From: Vulcanimicrobiota bacterium
Lineage (GTDB): Bacteria; Vulcanimicrobiota; Xenobia; Xenobiales; JADMJV01
Assembly (NCBI GenBank): GCA_050250895.1
Contig: JBFWNU010000006.1
Coordinates: 411,720 to 475,719, forward strand
Length of the DNA stretch: 64,000 bases
Reading direction: 5' to 3'
Shown: positions 9,811 to 19,260 of the stretch, one piece after another
Layout of the letters: every line of letters starts with the position of its first letter
Position numbering within the stretch: position 1 is the stretch's first letter
Position numbers and translations under genes: made by a program
Notes under the pieces: generated by a model
Told to the model about the DNA's origin: nothing
Database searches by the model: none
The model's input: the letters and a program-made list of their open reading frames with translations, nothing else

Positions 9811-11681
9811 TGGAGGCAATGATGAAACGAAAACGAGGCTCTGTCCTGATTCTGGCTTTGTTCATGATGTTCTTGCTCGAACTCATGGCCATCGCCTTTG
9901 TAACCTTTATTCCGGTCGAAAGCCAGGCCGCCCGCCGTTCCGAGCACCAGACCGTGGGCTCGCTGGTGGCCGACGCCGGTGTCACCGAAGCGCTGGCCTG
10001 GCTGCGCTTTCAGATCGCACCGCCCGATGGTAGTGCCTCGAAAGAGCCGCTCCATCCCACCATCTATCCTTCGGATGCGGGTCGGACCCGCGATGTAGGC
10101 GGCGGCTGGTCGTATCGCTGGCGTTTGGAACCGGATTCCCAGACTTATCCCAACCCCGCCAATAACCCTATTCGCGGCTACACGATCACCTCCCGCGCCT
10201 ACAAATATGGCCGGGTTCAGCGCGAGGCCCGCGCCCAGGTGATTCAAGAGTCGCTCAGTCGCTACGCGGCCCTTTACGACCACTGGCCTAACAACCTGGT
10301 CATGGGTATCGATACCACCGACGTGCCGGCCGGCGGCCCGGTCCATCTCAACAACGACATCATGCGACTCTGGATCAAAGACGGAGCCTCGTTCTGGTCT
10401 TCCCCCGGCCAGCCTATCTTCGACCATGGCCTCACCGCGGTGGGCAAATTCAATCATAGCAGCGGCTATGCCGGCGACGGGTTCGCTTATTACCAGGGCA
10501 ACTACAGCAGCAACAGCGCTTCGAGCGCGACCTACGTCAACAACGACAAGATTCCATACAACAGCGGAGGCCCCGTGGTTTCTCGTTACAACCGCCTGGC
10601 CGGGAGCCCGGACAATATGAAGTCGGGCGCCAGCGAAGTGCCGCTGCCCAAAAACACCTTCAAACTGCGCGATGCCGCCTGGGGCTTCGAGACCACCAAT
10701 CCCCTGCCGACCTCGGCCGGAGTCTATGTCAACGCGGCCGCTGACAAGAGCGTCGAAGGCGGCATCTATATCAAGGGTGACGTGCAAGAGATGCAGTTGG
10801 GCTACGGCGGAACCCAGCCCGCCGGCCCGGGCACGGTCAACTATGGTGAGAACTCGTGGGTCAAGGTCGAGTTGCCCATCACCAACCAGAACAAGATCGA
10901 CAGCCACAAGAACGTGACCGTGGTGACGGTCGAAACCGCCATCACCCTGCCGGCCGGCACCGTCCTCGACGGGGCCACCCTGGGCGGGCCAACCACGATC
11001 AACGCGGGCAATACTTTGATCCGCCGCGCTGATGGCAAGTTCGAGTCCTACACCGGCAGTCTGAACGGTGTGGTCTATGCCAGCGGCGACATCAACGATG
11101 TGTGGGGCGTCAACAAGGGACGGCGCACCATCGCGGTCGAGTCTGACGCGGACGCCAACGTCGAGCACGACATCATCATCGGTGGCAAGAAGGACGACAC
11201 CACGGGAGTTCTTAGCCTGGCTGCCGGCCAGAAGGGACTGCTACAGTATGGCGCGGTCGACGCCGACAGCGACGGAGTGCTCGACCCGCCAACTACTGCC
11301 GACAACGTGCTCGGTCTCATCGGCCACGATGTGCAGATCTCGTCGGGTCTCAAACAGAATAGCAGCTGGACGACCTCGCATCCCGAGACGAACCCGCTCT
11401 ATCTCTATGCCCTGGTGTTGGCCGGTGAGCCGGGCAACGGCGGCACCTATAGCGTGCAGTCCTATAACAGTGGCGGGGCCGGCTATGTGTATCGTTACGG
11501 CAGCCGTATCGTGGTCGACGCCGGGGCCTGGGGCACCACCAGCGGCCACGGCCTGATCAACGGCAATACCTTCTTCGACGAGCCGGCCGCCAGCTCGCCG
11601 CCCCCCTACTTTCCTTCGGTGCCGACCTTTACGGTCAAGAGCTACCAGGATCTCGTCACCAGTGACGGAGAGACGATCTGA
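9810..11681 (+). CDS. PilX/GspK-like large minor pilin with a beta-rich C-terminal (adhesin-like) region
   Basis: KRKRG|SVLILALFMM (no E5); ADAGVTEALAWL; C-terminal PPPYFP. Confidence 0.8.
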   Translation: MEAMMKRKRGSVLILALFMMFLLELMAIAFVTFIPVESQAARRSEHQTVGSLVADAGVTEALAWLRFQIAPPDGSASKEPLHPTIYPSDAGRTRDVGGGWSYRWRLEPDSQTYPNPANNPIRGYTITSRAYKYGRVQREARAQVIQESLSRYAALYDHWPNNLVMGIDTTDVPAGGPVHLNNDIMRLWIKDGASFWSSPGQPIFDHGLTAVGKFNHSSGYAGDGFAYYQGNYSSNSASSATYVNNDKIPYNSGGPVVSRYNRLAGSPDNMKSGASEVPLPKNTFKLRDAAWGFETTNPLPTSAGVYVNAAADKSVEGGIYIKGDVQEMQLGYGGTQPAGPGTVNYGENSWVKVELPITNQNKIDSHKNVTVVTVETAITLPAGTVLDGATLGGPTTINAGNTLIRRADGKFESYTGSLNGVVYASGDINDVWGVNKGRRTIAVESDADANVEHDIIIGGKKDDTTGVLSLAAGQKGLLQYGAVDADSDGVLDPPTTADNVLGLIGHDVQISSGLKQNSSWTTSHPETNPLYLYALVLAGEPGNGGTYSVQSYNSGGAGYVYRYGSRIVVDAGAWGTTSGHGLINGNTFFDEPAASSPPPYFPSVPTFTVKSYQDLVTSDGETI

Positions 11682-12079
11682 TGAAACATCTACTCCTGGC
11701 CTGTCTGACCCTTATACTTCTCATCGGGTGCGGTGGTTCTGGCCCACCAGAGCCCGGTTCGAGTCCCGGTGCCACCACTTCAAGCGAGACTCCGGCGGCC
11801 ACGCCGGGATCCACCCCGACCGCCAACGGAAGCGCCGAATCCGGCAGTAGACCGCGCCAGAGCAACGAGTTAAGCGCGATTCCGGCCCAGGAGACTCAGC
11901 TGTATGTATCCCCCGACGTCACCGACCGCTTGTGGCAAAACTCGGTCAGTCCCGAGCAGCGCAAGAGCATCGAGGCACGGCGCAAAGCGCGTCAGCGCCG
12001 AGGCAGCGTGGTCAGCAAGACCGGGGGCAACGGGGCCCCTGTGATGGGGGTCAACGACAACGTCGAGCAAGTGCCCTAG
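11681..12079 (+). CDS. Hypothetical lipoprotein
   Basis: Lipobox LLIG-C followed by an S/P/T-rich linker; coupled to the pilX-like gene. Confidence 0.7.
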   Translation: MKHLLLACLTLILLIGCGGSGPPEPGSSPGATTSSETPAATPGSTPTANGSAESGSRPRQSNELSAIPAQETQLYVSPDVTDRLWQNSVSPEQRKSIEARRKARQRRGSVVSKTGGNGAPVMGVNDNVEQVP

Positions 12080-12087
12080 GCCGGTCG

Positions 12088-12522
12088 TCACTCGACGGCA
12101 ACGGGAGCGCCTTCGTCCTGACGAAGGCGCTCTCTTAGTCTCTCCATCATGCGGTTGAAGGCCTCTTCCACTTCTTCGAGCTGATCTTCCTTGCGAAAAC
12201 GAAGCTGGTGGTCGAGGTCGCCCTCAGCGATGGCGTTGAAGGTGTTGCGAAGCTTGATGTGGGGCCCGGCCACCCGATGAGCGGTCAGCACGCCCATGGC
12301 TCCTATGGCTGTCATTAATGCCAGTGACAGGGCGACCCCCCCGATCAAAATCCCCGTCATGGGTAGCTCGGCACCCGCCTGGTAGAGCGTGTAGACCCGG
12401 CTCATCAGGGCACCGAAGAGCAGCACCACCAGGGCCCACGAGAGAGTCATCATCTTTCCGATGTAGAGCCAGTGGTATTTCTTGGTAAGAACGACGTTCT
12501 TAAGCGAGCGTTTGTTTTGCAT
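12088..12522 (-). CDS. Two-TM HAMP-domain protein without an output domain
   Basis: HRVAGPHIKL...IAEGDL...RKEDQLEEVEEAFNRM. Confidence 0.8.
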   Translation of the reverse strand: MQNKRSLKNVVLTKKYHWLYIGKMMTLSWALVVLLFGALMSRVYTLYQAGAELPMTGILIGGVALSLALMTAIGAMGVLTAHRVAGPHIKLRNTFNAIAEGDLDHQLRFRKEDQLEEVEEAFNRMMERLRERLRQDEGAPVAVE

Positions 12523-12655
12523 TCAGACCCTCCAGATGTTCGACTTCGGACGTTAGTCCGAGACGGACACTCCACCAATGCATGGTTTCTTGATAGGGCC
12601 GTCTTTGCCTTCCCGTCCGACGGGAGAACGTTCTCGATTCAATGAATAAGAGGGG

Positions 12656-13618
12656 GTGTGGAACGTTCGTGAAGGCGGCCCCGAGGACCTCGAAGCGCTG
12701 CTCGAATTAGCCCGGACCAAAGTATATTATCGCTCACACCTGCTCGAGCGCGGGGAGCTTCAAGAACTCACCGAGGGCATGTTGAAGTATCTGGTGGGCT
12801 CGGATGCCAGCGTTCGGGTGCTGCTCGCGGACGATGATGGCGAAGTCGGGGGCTATTTTCTGCTCAAGACCGGCGAGGTCGAGTCGATTACCCGCGAGCC
12901 TCAGACCTTGATCGCCGACTATGGTCTGGTCGAGCCTGATTGCTTCGAGGCCCTGCTCGACCGAGCGGACGAAATCGGCCGCCAGGTGGGCGACCGCTAT
13001 CTGGTGGTGCACACCCTGTACCTTTCCGAGCCAGAGGAATGGTTCTGTCTGGCCGGGTTCACGGCCGAGATCTCCCGGACCGTCAAGCGCATCGAGCCGG
13101 GGGCAAGAGCCCCGCAGCATCCTCGCTTTCCGGTTCGGCGCGCTCGCCCCAACGATCAGATGTTCATCATGTGGCTCAACACCCAGTGCTCGCCGGTTTA
13201 TCTGCCGGCCGGGCGCGAGGTCGACCGACTCAAGATCAGTCAGGGCTTTCTCGAGTCGTACGCGGAACTGAAAATCGGCGACCCAAATCACCTCTACTTC
13301 ATTGCCGACGACCAGAAATCGGGCGACCCGGTAGGTTTTCTGATTCTACAACTCGGCCGGCTGACGGTGGGACGAAAGGATCTGACCGCCTATGTCTATG
13401 ACATCGCGGCTCATCCCGACTTCCGCGGCAACGGCATCTCCTATTATCTATTGGGAAACGGCGAACAAGCTCTGGGCGAGGCCGGCGGAGGCTACCTCAT
13501 CGGAGACATCAGTATGGGCAACCCTATCGCTATCAAGACGTCCGAGAGTCTCGGTTTTCACCAGGACTCGCGGCGATGGGGTCGGCCGTTAACGAGTCGG
13601 CAACATGAATTAACATGA
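12656..13618 (+). CDS. Tandem GNAT-family N-acyltransferase
   Basis: VREGGPEDL and VRRARPND domain starts; VYDIAAHPDFRGNGIS motif A; ESLGF. Confidence 0.8.
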   Translation: MWNVREGGPEDLEALLELARTKVYYRSHLLERGELQELTEGMLKYLVGSDASVRVLLADDDGEVGGYFLLKTGEVESITREPQTLIADYGLVEPDCFEALLDRADEIGRQVGDRYLVVHTLYLSEPEEWFCLAGFTAEISRTVKRIEPGARAPQHPRFPVRRARPNDQMFIMWLNTQCSPVYLPAGREVDRLKISQGFLESYAELKIGDPNHLYFIADDQKSGDPVGFLILQLGRLTVGRKDLTAYVYDIAAHPDFRGNGISYYLLGNGEQALGEAGGGYLIGDISMGNPIAIKTSESLGFHQDSRRWGRPLTSRQHELT

Positions 13619-13635
13619 AAGTTACAAAAGTTACA
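13589..13635 (+). promoter_or_regulatory. Array of TTAACA-like direct repeats at 9-11 bp spacing
   Basis: TTAACG 13589, GCAACA 13600, TTAACA 13610, GTTACA 13621 and 13630; -10-like TAGAAT at 13678. Confidence 0.5.
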
Positions 13636-13715
13636 ATCATGTTGTTTGCCAACCGACACAACCTCTCGGCAATCGCCTAGAATACGAGCAAGACATACTA
13701 CGAGGAGATACTTCC

Positions 13716-13907
13716 ATGGCTATTCAAGCGGCAATCGGCATTGTTGGTAAAGCTGCGGGCGGAGCCGGAAAAGCCGGCAAAGCCGGTGGTAAAGGCGGCA
13801 AAAAAGGCGGCGGCGGCGGTGGACCGATGGGTCTGCTTTCGTCCTTGATCGGCATGATCACCGGTGGCGGTGGTTGCCAGGGCGGCGGAGGCTGCGGCTG
13901 CGGCTAA
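13716..13907 (+). CDS. 63-aa Gly/Lys-rich micro-protein with three C-terminal Cys
   Basis: SD GAGGAG; own AT-rich upstream region and downstream terminator. Confidence 0.75.
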   Translation: MAIQAAIGIVGKAAGGAGKAGKAGGKGGKKGGGGGGPMGLLSSLIGMITGGGGCQGGGGCGCG

Positions 13908-13938
13908 AGGTAACCAACAACCTGATGTCGATTTAACG

Positions 13939-13970
13939 ATGCAGGGGTTTTGACCCCTGCATTTGCATTT
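13939..13970 (+). terminator. Intrinsic terminator
   Basis: ATGCAGGGGT-tttg-ACCCCTGCAT followed by TTGCATTT. Confidence 0.7.
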
Positions 13971-13983
13971 TCAGGAGTCGAGT

Positions 13984-14532
13984 ATGGAAGAGCAGCAGGG
14001 CTGGGATGACCTCGCCAATGTCCTGGGACGAGCCCGAGACCGAGCCGAGGATGCCGATGATGACCCCGAAGGTCTGGATGTGCTGATGGCGGAGGGTCTC
14101 GGGGGGCTCGATCCTTTCGCCAAGGTCCCTATTGACCAGGCCGGTAACGTGGTCATGCTGCGTGAAGCGGTGGCCGGTGTTCGGGACGGGTCGCTGACCC
14201 TCGAAGATTATCAGGAGGCGGTGGAAGAGATCGCCCGCATGGCTCGCACTGGCGTGCAGTTGTTTGCCTCGGAGCCCCTCAAGCAACGCGTGGCCGAACT
14301 TCCCGAAGACCAGGCCGCCTTGATTTGGCAGACCGGCGAGCAGATCGCGCGACTCAAAGACGGCACCGAGAAGATGCTGGCCTACGTCGAAACCCAGAGC
14401 CAGGCTGACCTCGACGAGGGGTGGGCGATCACCGAGAAGGTGATGCTCGAACTCGACCAGCTTCAAGATCAGGCGATCGTCAAGGCACGGCAGTACCAGG
14501 CCGAGCATGTCGAAGAGGGTAACCCCGGCTAA
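13984..14532 (+). CDS. Hypothetical acidic helical protein
   Basis: AGGAG SD before ATG 13984; D/E-rich helical pattern. Confidence 0.7.
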   Translation: MEEQQGWDDLANVLGRARDRAEDADDDPEGLDVLMAEGLGGLDPFAKVPIDQAGNVVMLREAVAGVRDGSLTLEDYQEAVEEIARMARTGVQLFASEPLKQRVAELPEDQAALIWQTGEQIARLKDGTEKMLAYVETQSQADLDEGWAITEKVMLELDQLQDQAIVKARQYQAEHVEEGNPG

Positions 14533-14540
14533 AAAAAGTT

Positions 14541-14580
14541 TTAGGCAAGCCTTGCAAAGTGACCAGGAAACCCTTAGAAT
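14541..14580 (+). promoter_or_regulatory. Sigma70-type feo promoter with an overlapping DtxR/MntR-like operator
   Basis: TTGCAA (14552-57), 17 bp, TAGAAT (14575-80); TTAGGCAAGCCTTG at 14541-14554. Confidence 0.6.
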
Positions 14581-14586
14581 CGGCGA

Positions 14587-14811
14587 GTGGAAAAGCTGTC
14601 TCAAATTGCTTTGCAAAAGTCCGTCCAGGTCATCAAAGTTGATGGTCAGGGTCCCTTGCTGCGCCGCCTGGTCGCTCTCGGTCTGAGGCCCGGCGCCGAG
14701 ATTTCGGTGGTCCGCCGCGCCCCCCTGGGAGATCCCATGGTGGTTCGCGTCTCGGGCACCACTCTTTCGATTCGTCACTCGGTGGCCGACGGAGTGCTGG
14801 TGCGCGGCTAA
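14587..14811 (+). CDS. feoA: Ferrous iron transport protein A
   Basis: RRLVALGLRPG...RRAPLGDP. Confidence 0.93.
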   Translation: MEKLSQIALQKSVQVIKVDGQGPLLRRLVALGLRPGAEISVVRRAPLGDPMVVRVSGTTLSIRHSVADGVLVRG

Positions 14812-14812
14812 T

Positions 14813-16870
14813 ATGGGTCATCCCGCCTCGCTGCCAAAAGCCGAGGAACGGTTAGTGGTGGCGGTGGGCAATCCCAACGTTGGCAAGTCGACCCTGATCA
14901 ACGGCCTGTCCGGGGCCGATCTCGAGATCGGCAACTGGCCCGGCACGACCGTGGAGCGTATCTCGACCCAGTGCCGTCTCAACGATCGCGATGTCGCCCT
15001 GGTAGATCTACCCGGGGCTTACTCGCTGGCGGCCACGACCCCTGAAGAAGAAGTCACTCGTCGCGAGTTGCTCGAGGCCAGTCCCGACCTAGTCATTAAC
15101 GTGGTCGACGCTGGCAACCTCGAGCGCAATCTCTATCTGACCCTCGAACTGGCCGAGTTGGGCCTGCCCACCGTGGTGGTGCTCAATCTCGTCGACGAAG
15201 CTCGCAAGGCCGGACTGGTGGTCGACTCGAGCGCGCTCTCTGAGGCGCTCGGCATCCCGGTGGTGGAAACCGTGGCCAATCGGGGACTGGGCCTCGAGTT
15301 GGTTCACCAGCATCTCTGTCTTGATTGCCTGCCCAGCAGCGCTGCGGTCACCTATCCCGAGCCCATCGAGACCGTGCTCGAAGGGTTGACCGGTTCGCGC
15401 TGGGAGCGATTGGCGATTCTCTCGGAAGAACCTCGAGACGAAGCTGCGACCAGACTCCAGGAGCAGTTGCTCGGGGCCGGAATCGACCCCTTCTTGACGG
15501 TTGTCGAACGGCGATTTGAAGCCGCCCGCGAGATCGCCGGCCGCGTGACTCGACAAACGGCGGCCGTACGCACCCTCACCGATCGATTGGACGCCTTGAT
15601 CCTCCATCCGCTGTTGGGTCTGCCGGCCTTTCTGGTCTCGATGTTCTTGACTTTTCGGTTCACCTTTCTGTTTTCGGACCCCTGGATCGAATTCGTGGGC
15701 GTGATCCAGGGTGTGTTGGCGGGGTGGGTGGCCAGTCTTGGACTGCCAGAACTGATTCGCTCTTTTCTGGCCGAGGGTCTGATCGGAGGGCTGGGCACCC
15801 TGGTTTCGTTCGCCCCCGTGCTATTTTGCCTCTACCTGGGCATGAGCTTCTTGGAGAGTTCTGGCTTTCTAGCCCGAGCGGCTTGCCTGGCTGATCGCGT
15901 CATGCGAGGCGTAGGTCTGCCCGGTCGCGGCTTCATACCGTTGTTGTTAGGCTTCGGCTGCAACGTTCCCGCGGTCTACGCCACCCGGGCCCTGGAAGGA
16001 TTTTCCGAGCGTTTGCGGGTGGCCATGGCCATTCCCTTCATGGCTTGCAGCGCTCGCCTGGCCGTGTTCACGCTGTTTGCAGCCGTCTTCTTTCCCCGCA
16101 ATGGAGCGGTGGTGGTCTTCGGGCTCTATCTTGGAGGTCTGGCCGTAGGTCTGTTCACCTCCTGGTTGTTGCGGCGGGTGACGCCTGAGAGTCCCACCTC
16201 GGGCGTGATGGAGTTGCCGCCTTATCGCATGCCCACGGCCCGGGTGGTGGTGCGTCAGGCCTGGCTTCGCACCCTGAGCTTCGTCAAAGGGGCCTGGGGT
16301 ATGATCCTGGCTGCGGTGCTGGTGGTATGGCTGCTGTCGAGTTTGCCACCGGGAGACATGGCCAACAGTCTCTACGCCCGACTGGCCGGGGTGGTGGCTT
16401 ACGTGTGTGCTCCGCTGGGTTTCACCGACTGGAGACTGGTGGGGGCTTTGCTGCCTGGCTTTATTGCCAAGGAGGTCGTGGTGGGCGTGCTGGGCGTGAC
16501 CTACCTCGGCTCGGACCCGGCCGTGCCTCTGTCTTTGACGGCTGGACTCGAGCAGATGGGAACCGGGCTGTGGACCGCGATCATCGCCACCATTAATGCT
16601 GTGCCCGCGCTGTTTGGCCTGCCCAACTTCGTGCCCGAACCGACCGACGCTCCCAACGCGTTACAGGCCGCCCTTAGTCATTCGACCACGGCCGCCGGAG
16701 CGCTGGGTTATCTGGTCTTCGTGTTGCTCTATACCCCCTGTGTGGCCACCGTGGCCGCCATCCGTCAAGAGTTCGGCAAGAAGTGGGCCAACTTCTCGAT
16801 CGTTTATCAGTTGACCGTGGCCTACCTGATGGCGTTGGTGGTCTATCAGATTGCGCGGTGGTGGCTATGA
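14813..16870 (+). CDS. feoB: Ferrous iron transport protein B
   Basis: GNPNVGKS, GNWPGTTVE, DLPGAYSL, GFGCNVPA, CSARL, YTPCVAT. Confidence 0.97.
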   Translation: MGHPASLPKAEERLVVAVGNPNVGKSTLINGLSGADLEIGNWPGTTVERISTQCRLNDRDVALVDLPGAYSLAATTPEEEVTRRELLEASPDLVINVVDAGNLERNLYLTLELAELGLPTVVVLNLVDEARKAGLVVDSSALSEALGIPVVETVANRGLGLELVHQHLCLDCLPSSAAVTYPEPIETVLEGLTGSRWERLAILSEEPRDEAATRLQEQLLGAGIDPFLTVVERRFEAAREIAGRVTRQTAAVRTLTDRLDALILHPLLGLPAFLVSMFLTFRFTFLFSDPWIEFVGVIQGVLAGWVASLGLPELIRSFLAEGLIGGLGTLVSFAPVLFCLYLGMSFLESSGFLARAACLADRVMRGVGLPGRGFIPLLLGFGCNVPAVYATRALEGFSERLRVAMAIPFMACSARLAVFTLFAAVFFPRNGAVVVFGLYLGGLAVGLFTSWLLRRVTPESPTSGVMELPPYRMPTARVVVRQAWLRTLSFVKGAWGMILAAVLVVWLLSSLPPGDMANSLYARLAGVVAYVCAPLGFTDWRLVGALLPGFIAKEVVVGVLGVTYLGSDPAVPLSLTAGLEQMGTGLWTAIIATINAVPALFGLPNFVPEPTDAPNALQAALSHSTTAAGALGYLVFVLLYTPCVATVAAIRQEFGKKWANFSIVYQLTVAYLMALVVYQIARWWL

Positions 16871-17151
16871 TCTCTCGTTTGCTCAAGTCGCTGGCGCGCC
16901 CCATGACCACCGATGAGCTGGCCAGCGAACTATCCACCGACAAAGCCAGCCTCGAACCTCTGCTGGCCTTGCTAGAGGCTCGGGGCTATGTGGGTCAGGC
17001 CTATGACGACTCGCCTGCCTGCGGCACCGGCTGTGGGGCTTGCTCGATGCGCTCGTTTTGTCCGGCCGAAGGCTCAGAGGCGCCGTTTCTGCCGGTTTGG
17101 CGGGTGACCCACAAGGGCCGGGCCGCCATGAGCTTGCAGCAGCAGGTCTGA
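16867..17151 (+). CDS. feoC: FeoC-like winged-helix protein with a Cys cluster
   Basis: ATGA overlap with feoB; wHTH pattern and CGTGCGAC...C. Confidence 0.8.
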   Translation: MISRLLKSLARPMTTDELASELSTDKASLEPLLALLEARGYVGQAYDDSPACGTGCGACSMRSFCPAEGSEAPFLPVWRVTHKGRAAMSLQQQV

Positions 17152-17177
17152 GCAGCAGTTCGAGCCAAGCTATACGG

Positions 17178-17792
17178 ATGGGGTATTCGCTGCCCGATAC
17201 ACATCTGTTGCACCAGCGCCTCAAAGCGCATCAACCTGCCAGTGTCGACCGGAATGGGCGCAGGCAGGCCGGAGTGCTGGTGCCGGTGCTGGCCTGTGCC
17301 GGCGACTATCAGGTGGTATTTATTCGTCGCTCGGCCCATCTTCGCCGCCACGCCGGTCAAATCGCCTTTCCTGGTGGGGTCCACGAGCCGCAGGATGCCG
17401 ACCTTTTAGCCACCGCCCTGCGCGAGGGTCACGAAGAGGTCGGACTCGAGCCTCGTTCGGTCACGGTGCTGGGGCAACTCGATGAAGTCTGGACCCCTAC
17501 CGGCTATACCTTGACTCCCTACGTGGGATTGCTCCAGACCACCCCGGACCGGCCCGACCGAACCGAAGTGGAAGAGATCCTGGTGGTGCAGGTCGAGCGC
17601 CTGATGGTTCCGGGAGTATTTCGCTATCAGGAGATCGAGCGGGGTGGCATCGTCTACCGGCTGGTCTTCTTCGATTTACCAGAGTGCACCATCTGGGGGG
17701 CTACCGGGCGGGTCTTGCAACGCTTTCTAGAGATCGGGCTGGGCTGGTCCGCCCCGGTCGCGAACGATTGGGAGTCAGGCCCTCATGACTGA
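17178..17792 (+). CDS. Nudix hydrolase, CoA pyrophosphatase type
   Basis: RSAHLRRHAGQIAFPGG, TALREGHEEVGL, IWGATG. Confidence 0.9.
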   Translation: MGYSLPDTHLLHQRLKAHQPASVDRNGRRQAGVLVPVLACAGDYQVVFIRRSAHLRRHAGQIAFPGGVHEPQDADLLATALREGHEEVGLEPRSVTVLGQLDEVWTPTGYTLTPYVGLLQTTPDRPDRTEVEEILVVQVERLMVPGVFRYQEIERGGIVYRLVFFDLPECTIWGATGRVLQRFLEIGLGWSAPVANDWESGPHD

Positions 17793-19260
17793 ACCCGAAC
17801 CTCAGCTTCCCCAGCTCGAGTTGTTGCGCCGCCAGTTGCGCAGCCCCAGTCGCGGCACCGGCTATCGAGCTGCTGACGAACTGGTGCGCAGCGGCCCCGA
17901 AGGCGTCGAGATGATCAAGAGAGCCCTCGAGTCGCGTGATCGCAATGTGCGTGTCCACGCGGCCTGGGCCGTCCGGCTGTTGGATTCACCCTGGGCTTTG
18001 CGCCAGTTGATCGCGCTCTTGCGCGACGACCGCGAATTTTATCTGCCCCTCCAACAGGCGCTGCCGGCCGAGCCCGCTGCCGACGTGCTCGAGCCGTTGC
18101 TCAAGGCAGCCGCCGACCCCAAGAACCGCAACCGCAAGTTCCACGTGATGTTACTCGGAGACGTGATCGGTGAAGGGGTGCTCGACGCTCTTTTGGCGGC
18201 TTTGCAGAGCGATGATCAGATGCTGCAAGAGGGAGCCTTTCTGGCCTTCAAACACGCCGGCCAATGGCTGCGCGAACAAGCCGGCCGGCCTCTGGTGCAG
18301 GCCCTCTCGGTGAGGCTGCCACTACCGCTGCGGCTTTCCTGGTCCTGGACCAAAAAGACCCGGGCTCGGCAAAGCGCCCCGCTGGCACTGATCGCGGCCG
18401 TCGGCATGGTGTCGGGCTCGGACGGCGTCGGGGTGCTGACCGAGATCCTCCGCTCCGAGGCCCACCTGGATTACCGGTTGGCCAGCATCTCGGGCATGGT
18501 GACGGTGGGGGAGGAGGCTGTGGGCAGGTGCTGGCAACCTCTCCTTTCCGTAGCCGAAGAACCGGTGGACGATGCCCTCACCGCGGCCGCCGCCGAGGCC
18601 CTTCGCCGCATGCGGGTCACCGACGCCGAGAGCCGGCTGTTGGCCCTGCTCGAATCGGGCAAAGCCTTCCTGCGGCGCAATGCCGCGCATGCCCTCGAGG
18701 GTTGCCTGACCCCAGCCAGCCTGGAAAGCTTACAGAAGGCCATGGGCGACCCTGATCCTCACGTGCGTCGCACGGTAGCCCGCACTCTGGGCCGGCTGCC
18801 CGAGTCGTCACCGCGACTGCTCGAGGCTCTGTCTGATCCTGATCGCTGGGTTGGCTGGAACGCCGCCTGGGCGCTGGGCCGGCATCAATTGCCCGAACTG
18901 GTTCCGGCCCTGCTCGACGGCCTCAACAGCCCGGATAAGCGCCGTCGACGCAACAGCGCCGAGGCTCTGGGTCAGCTGCGCATCTCGAGTCCTGAAGTGA
19001 TCGAGAGTCTGGTAGCCGTGCTCGAAGAGCGTTCCAGCTATGTGCCGCGCTCGGCCGCCTGGGCGCTCCGTTGCCTGGATCTGGCCGAGGCCATTCACTA
19101 CGCCTGCCAACTGCTCGATTCGCCCGATCCCCGGCGGCGCCGCCTGGGCCAGCGGTCGGTCCGCTGGCTGCGACCGGAACGAGCCTCTTACACCCCCCAT
19201 CTGCCGGTGCGGTCTTCACGCCTGAGCGGGGTGGTGTTCTCGCCCGAGGAGTCGCGATGA
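17785..19260 (+). CDS. HEAT-repeat (PBS lyase-like) protein
   Basis: Repeated DPDPHVRRTVARTLG / DPDRWVGWNAAWALG / RRNSAEALG units. Confidence 0.88.
   Translation: MTEPEPQLPQLELLRRQLRSPSRGTGYRAADELVRSGPEGVEMIKRALESRDRNVRVHAAWAVRLLDSPWALRQLIALLRDDREFYLPLQQALPAEPAADVLEPLLKAAADPKNRNRKFHVMLLGDVIGEGVLDALLAALQSDDQMLQEGAFLAFKHAGQWLREQAGRPLVQALSVRLPLPLRLSWSWTKKTRARQSAPLALIAAVGMVSGSDGVGVLTEILRSEAHLDYRLASISGMVTVGEEAVGRCWQPLLSVAEEPVDDALTAAAAEALRRMRVTDAESRLLALLESGKAFLRRNAAHALEGCLTPASLESLQKAMGDPDPHVRRTVARTLGRLPESSPRLLEALSDPDRWVGWNAAWALGRHQLPELVPALLDGLNSPDKRRRRNSAEALGQLRISSPEVIESLVAVLEERSSYVPRSAAWALRCLDLAEAIHYACQLLDSPDPRRRRLGQRSVRWLRPERASYTPHLPVRSSRLSGVVFSPEESR

Noticed and set aside
9795-11168. Long antisense ORF (457 aa); similarly 6714-7628, 19188-20150, 28939-29814, 40661-41629, 41946-43001 and 62417-63451
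   Set aside because: Shadow ORFs opposite well-supported genes, expected in high-GC DNA; no recognisable motifs
13716-13907. Firm call of a microcin B17-like azole RiPP cluster
   Set aside because: No YcaO, dehydrogenase, peptidase or exporter nearby; kept only as a hypothesis
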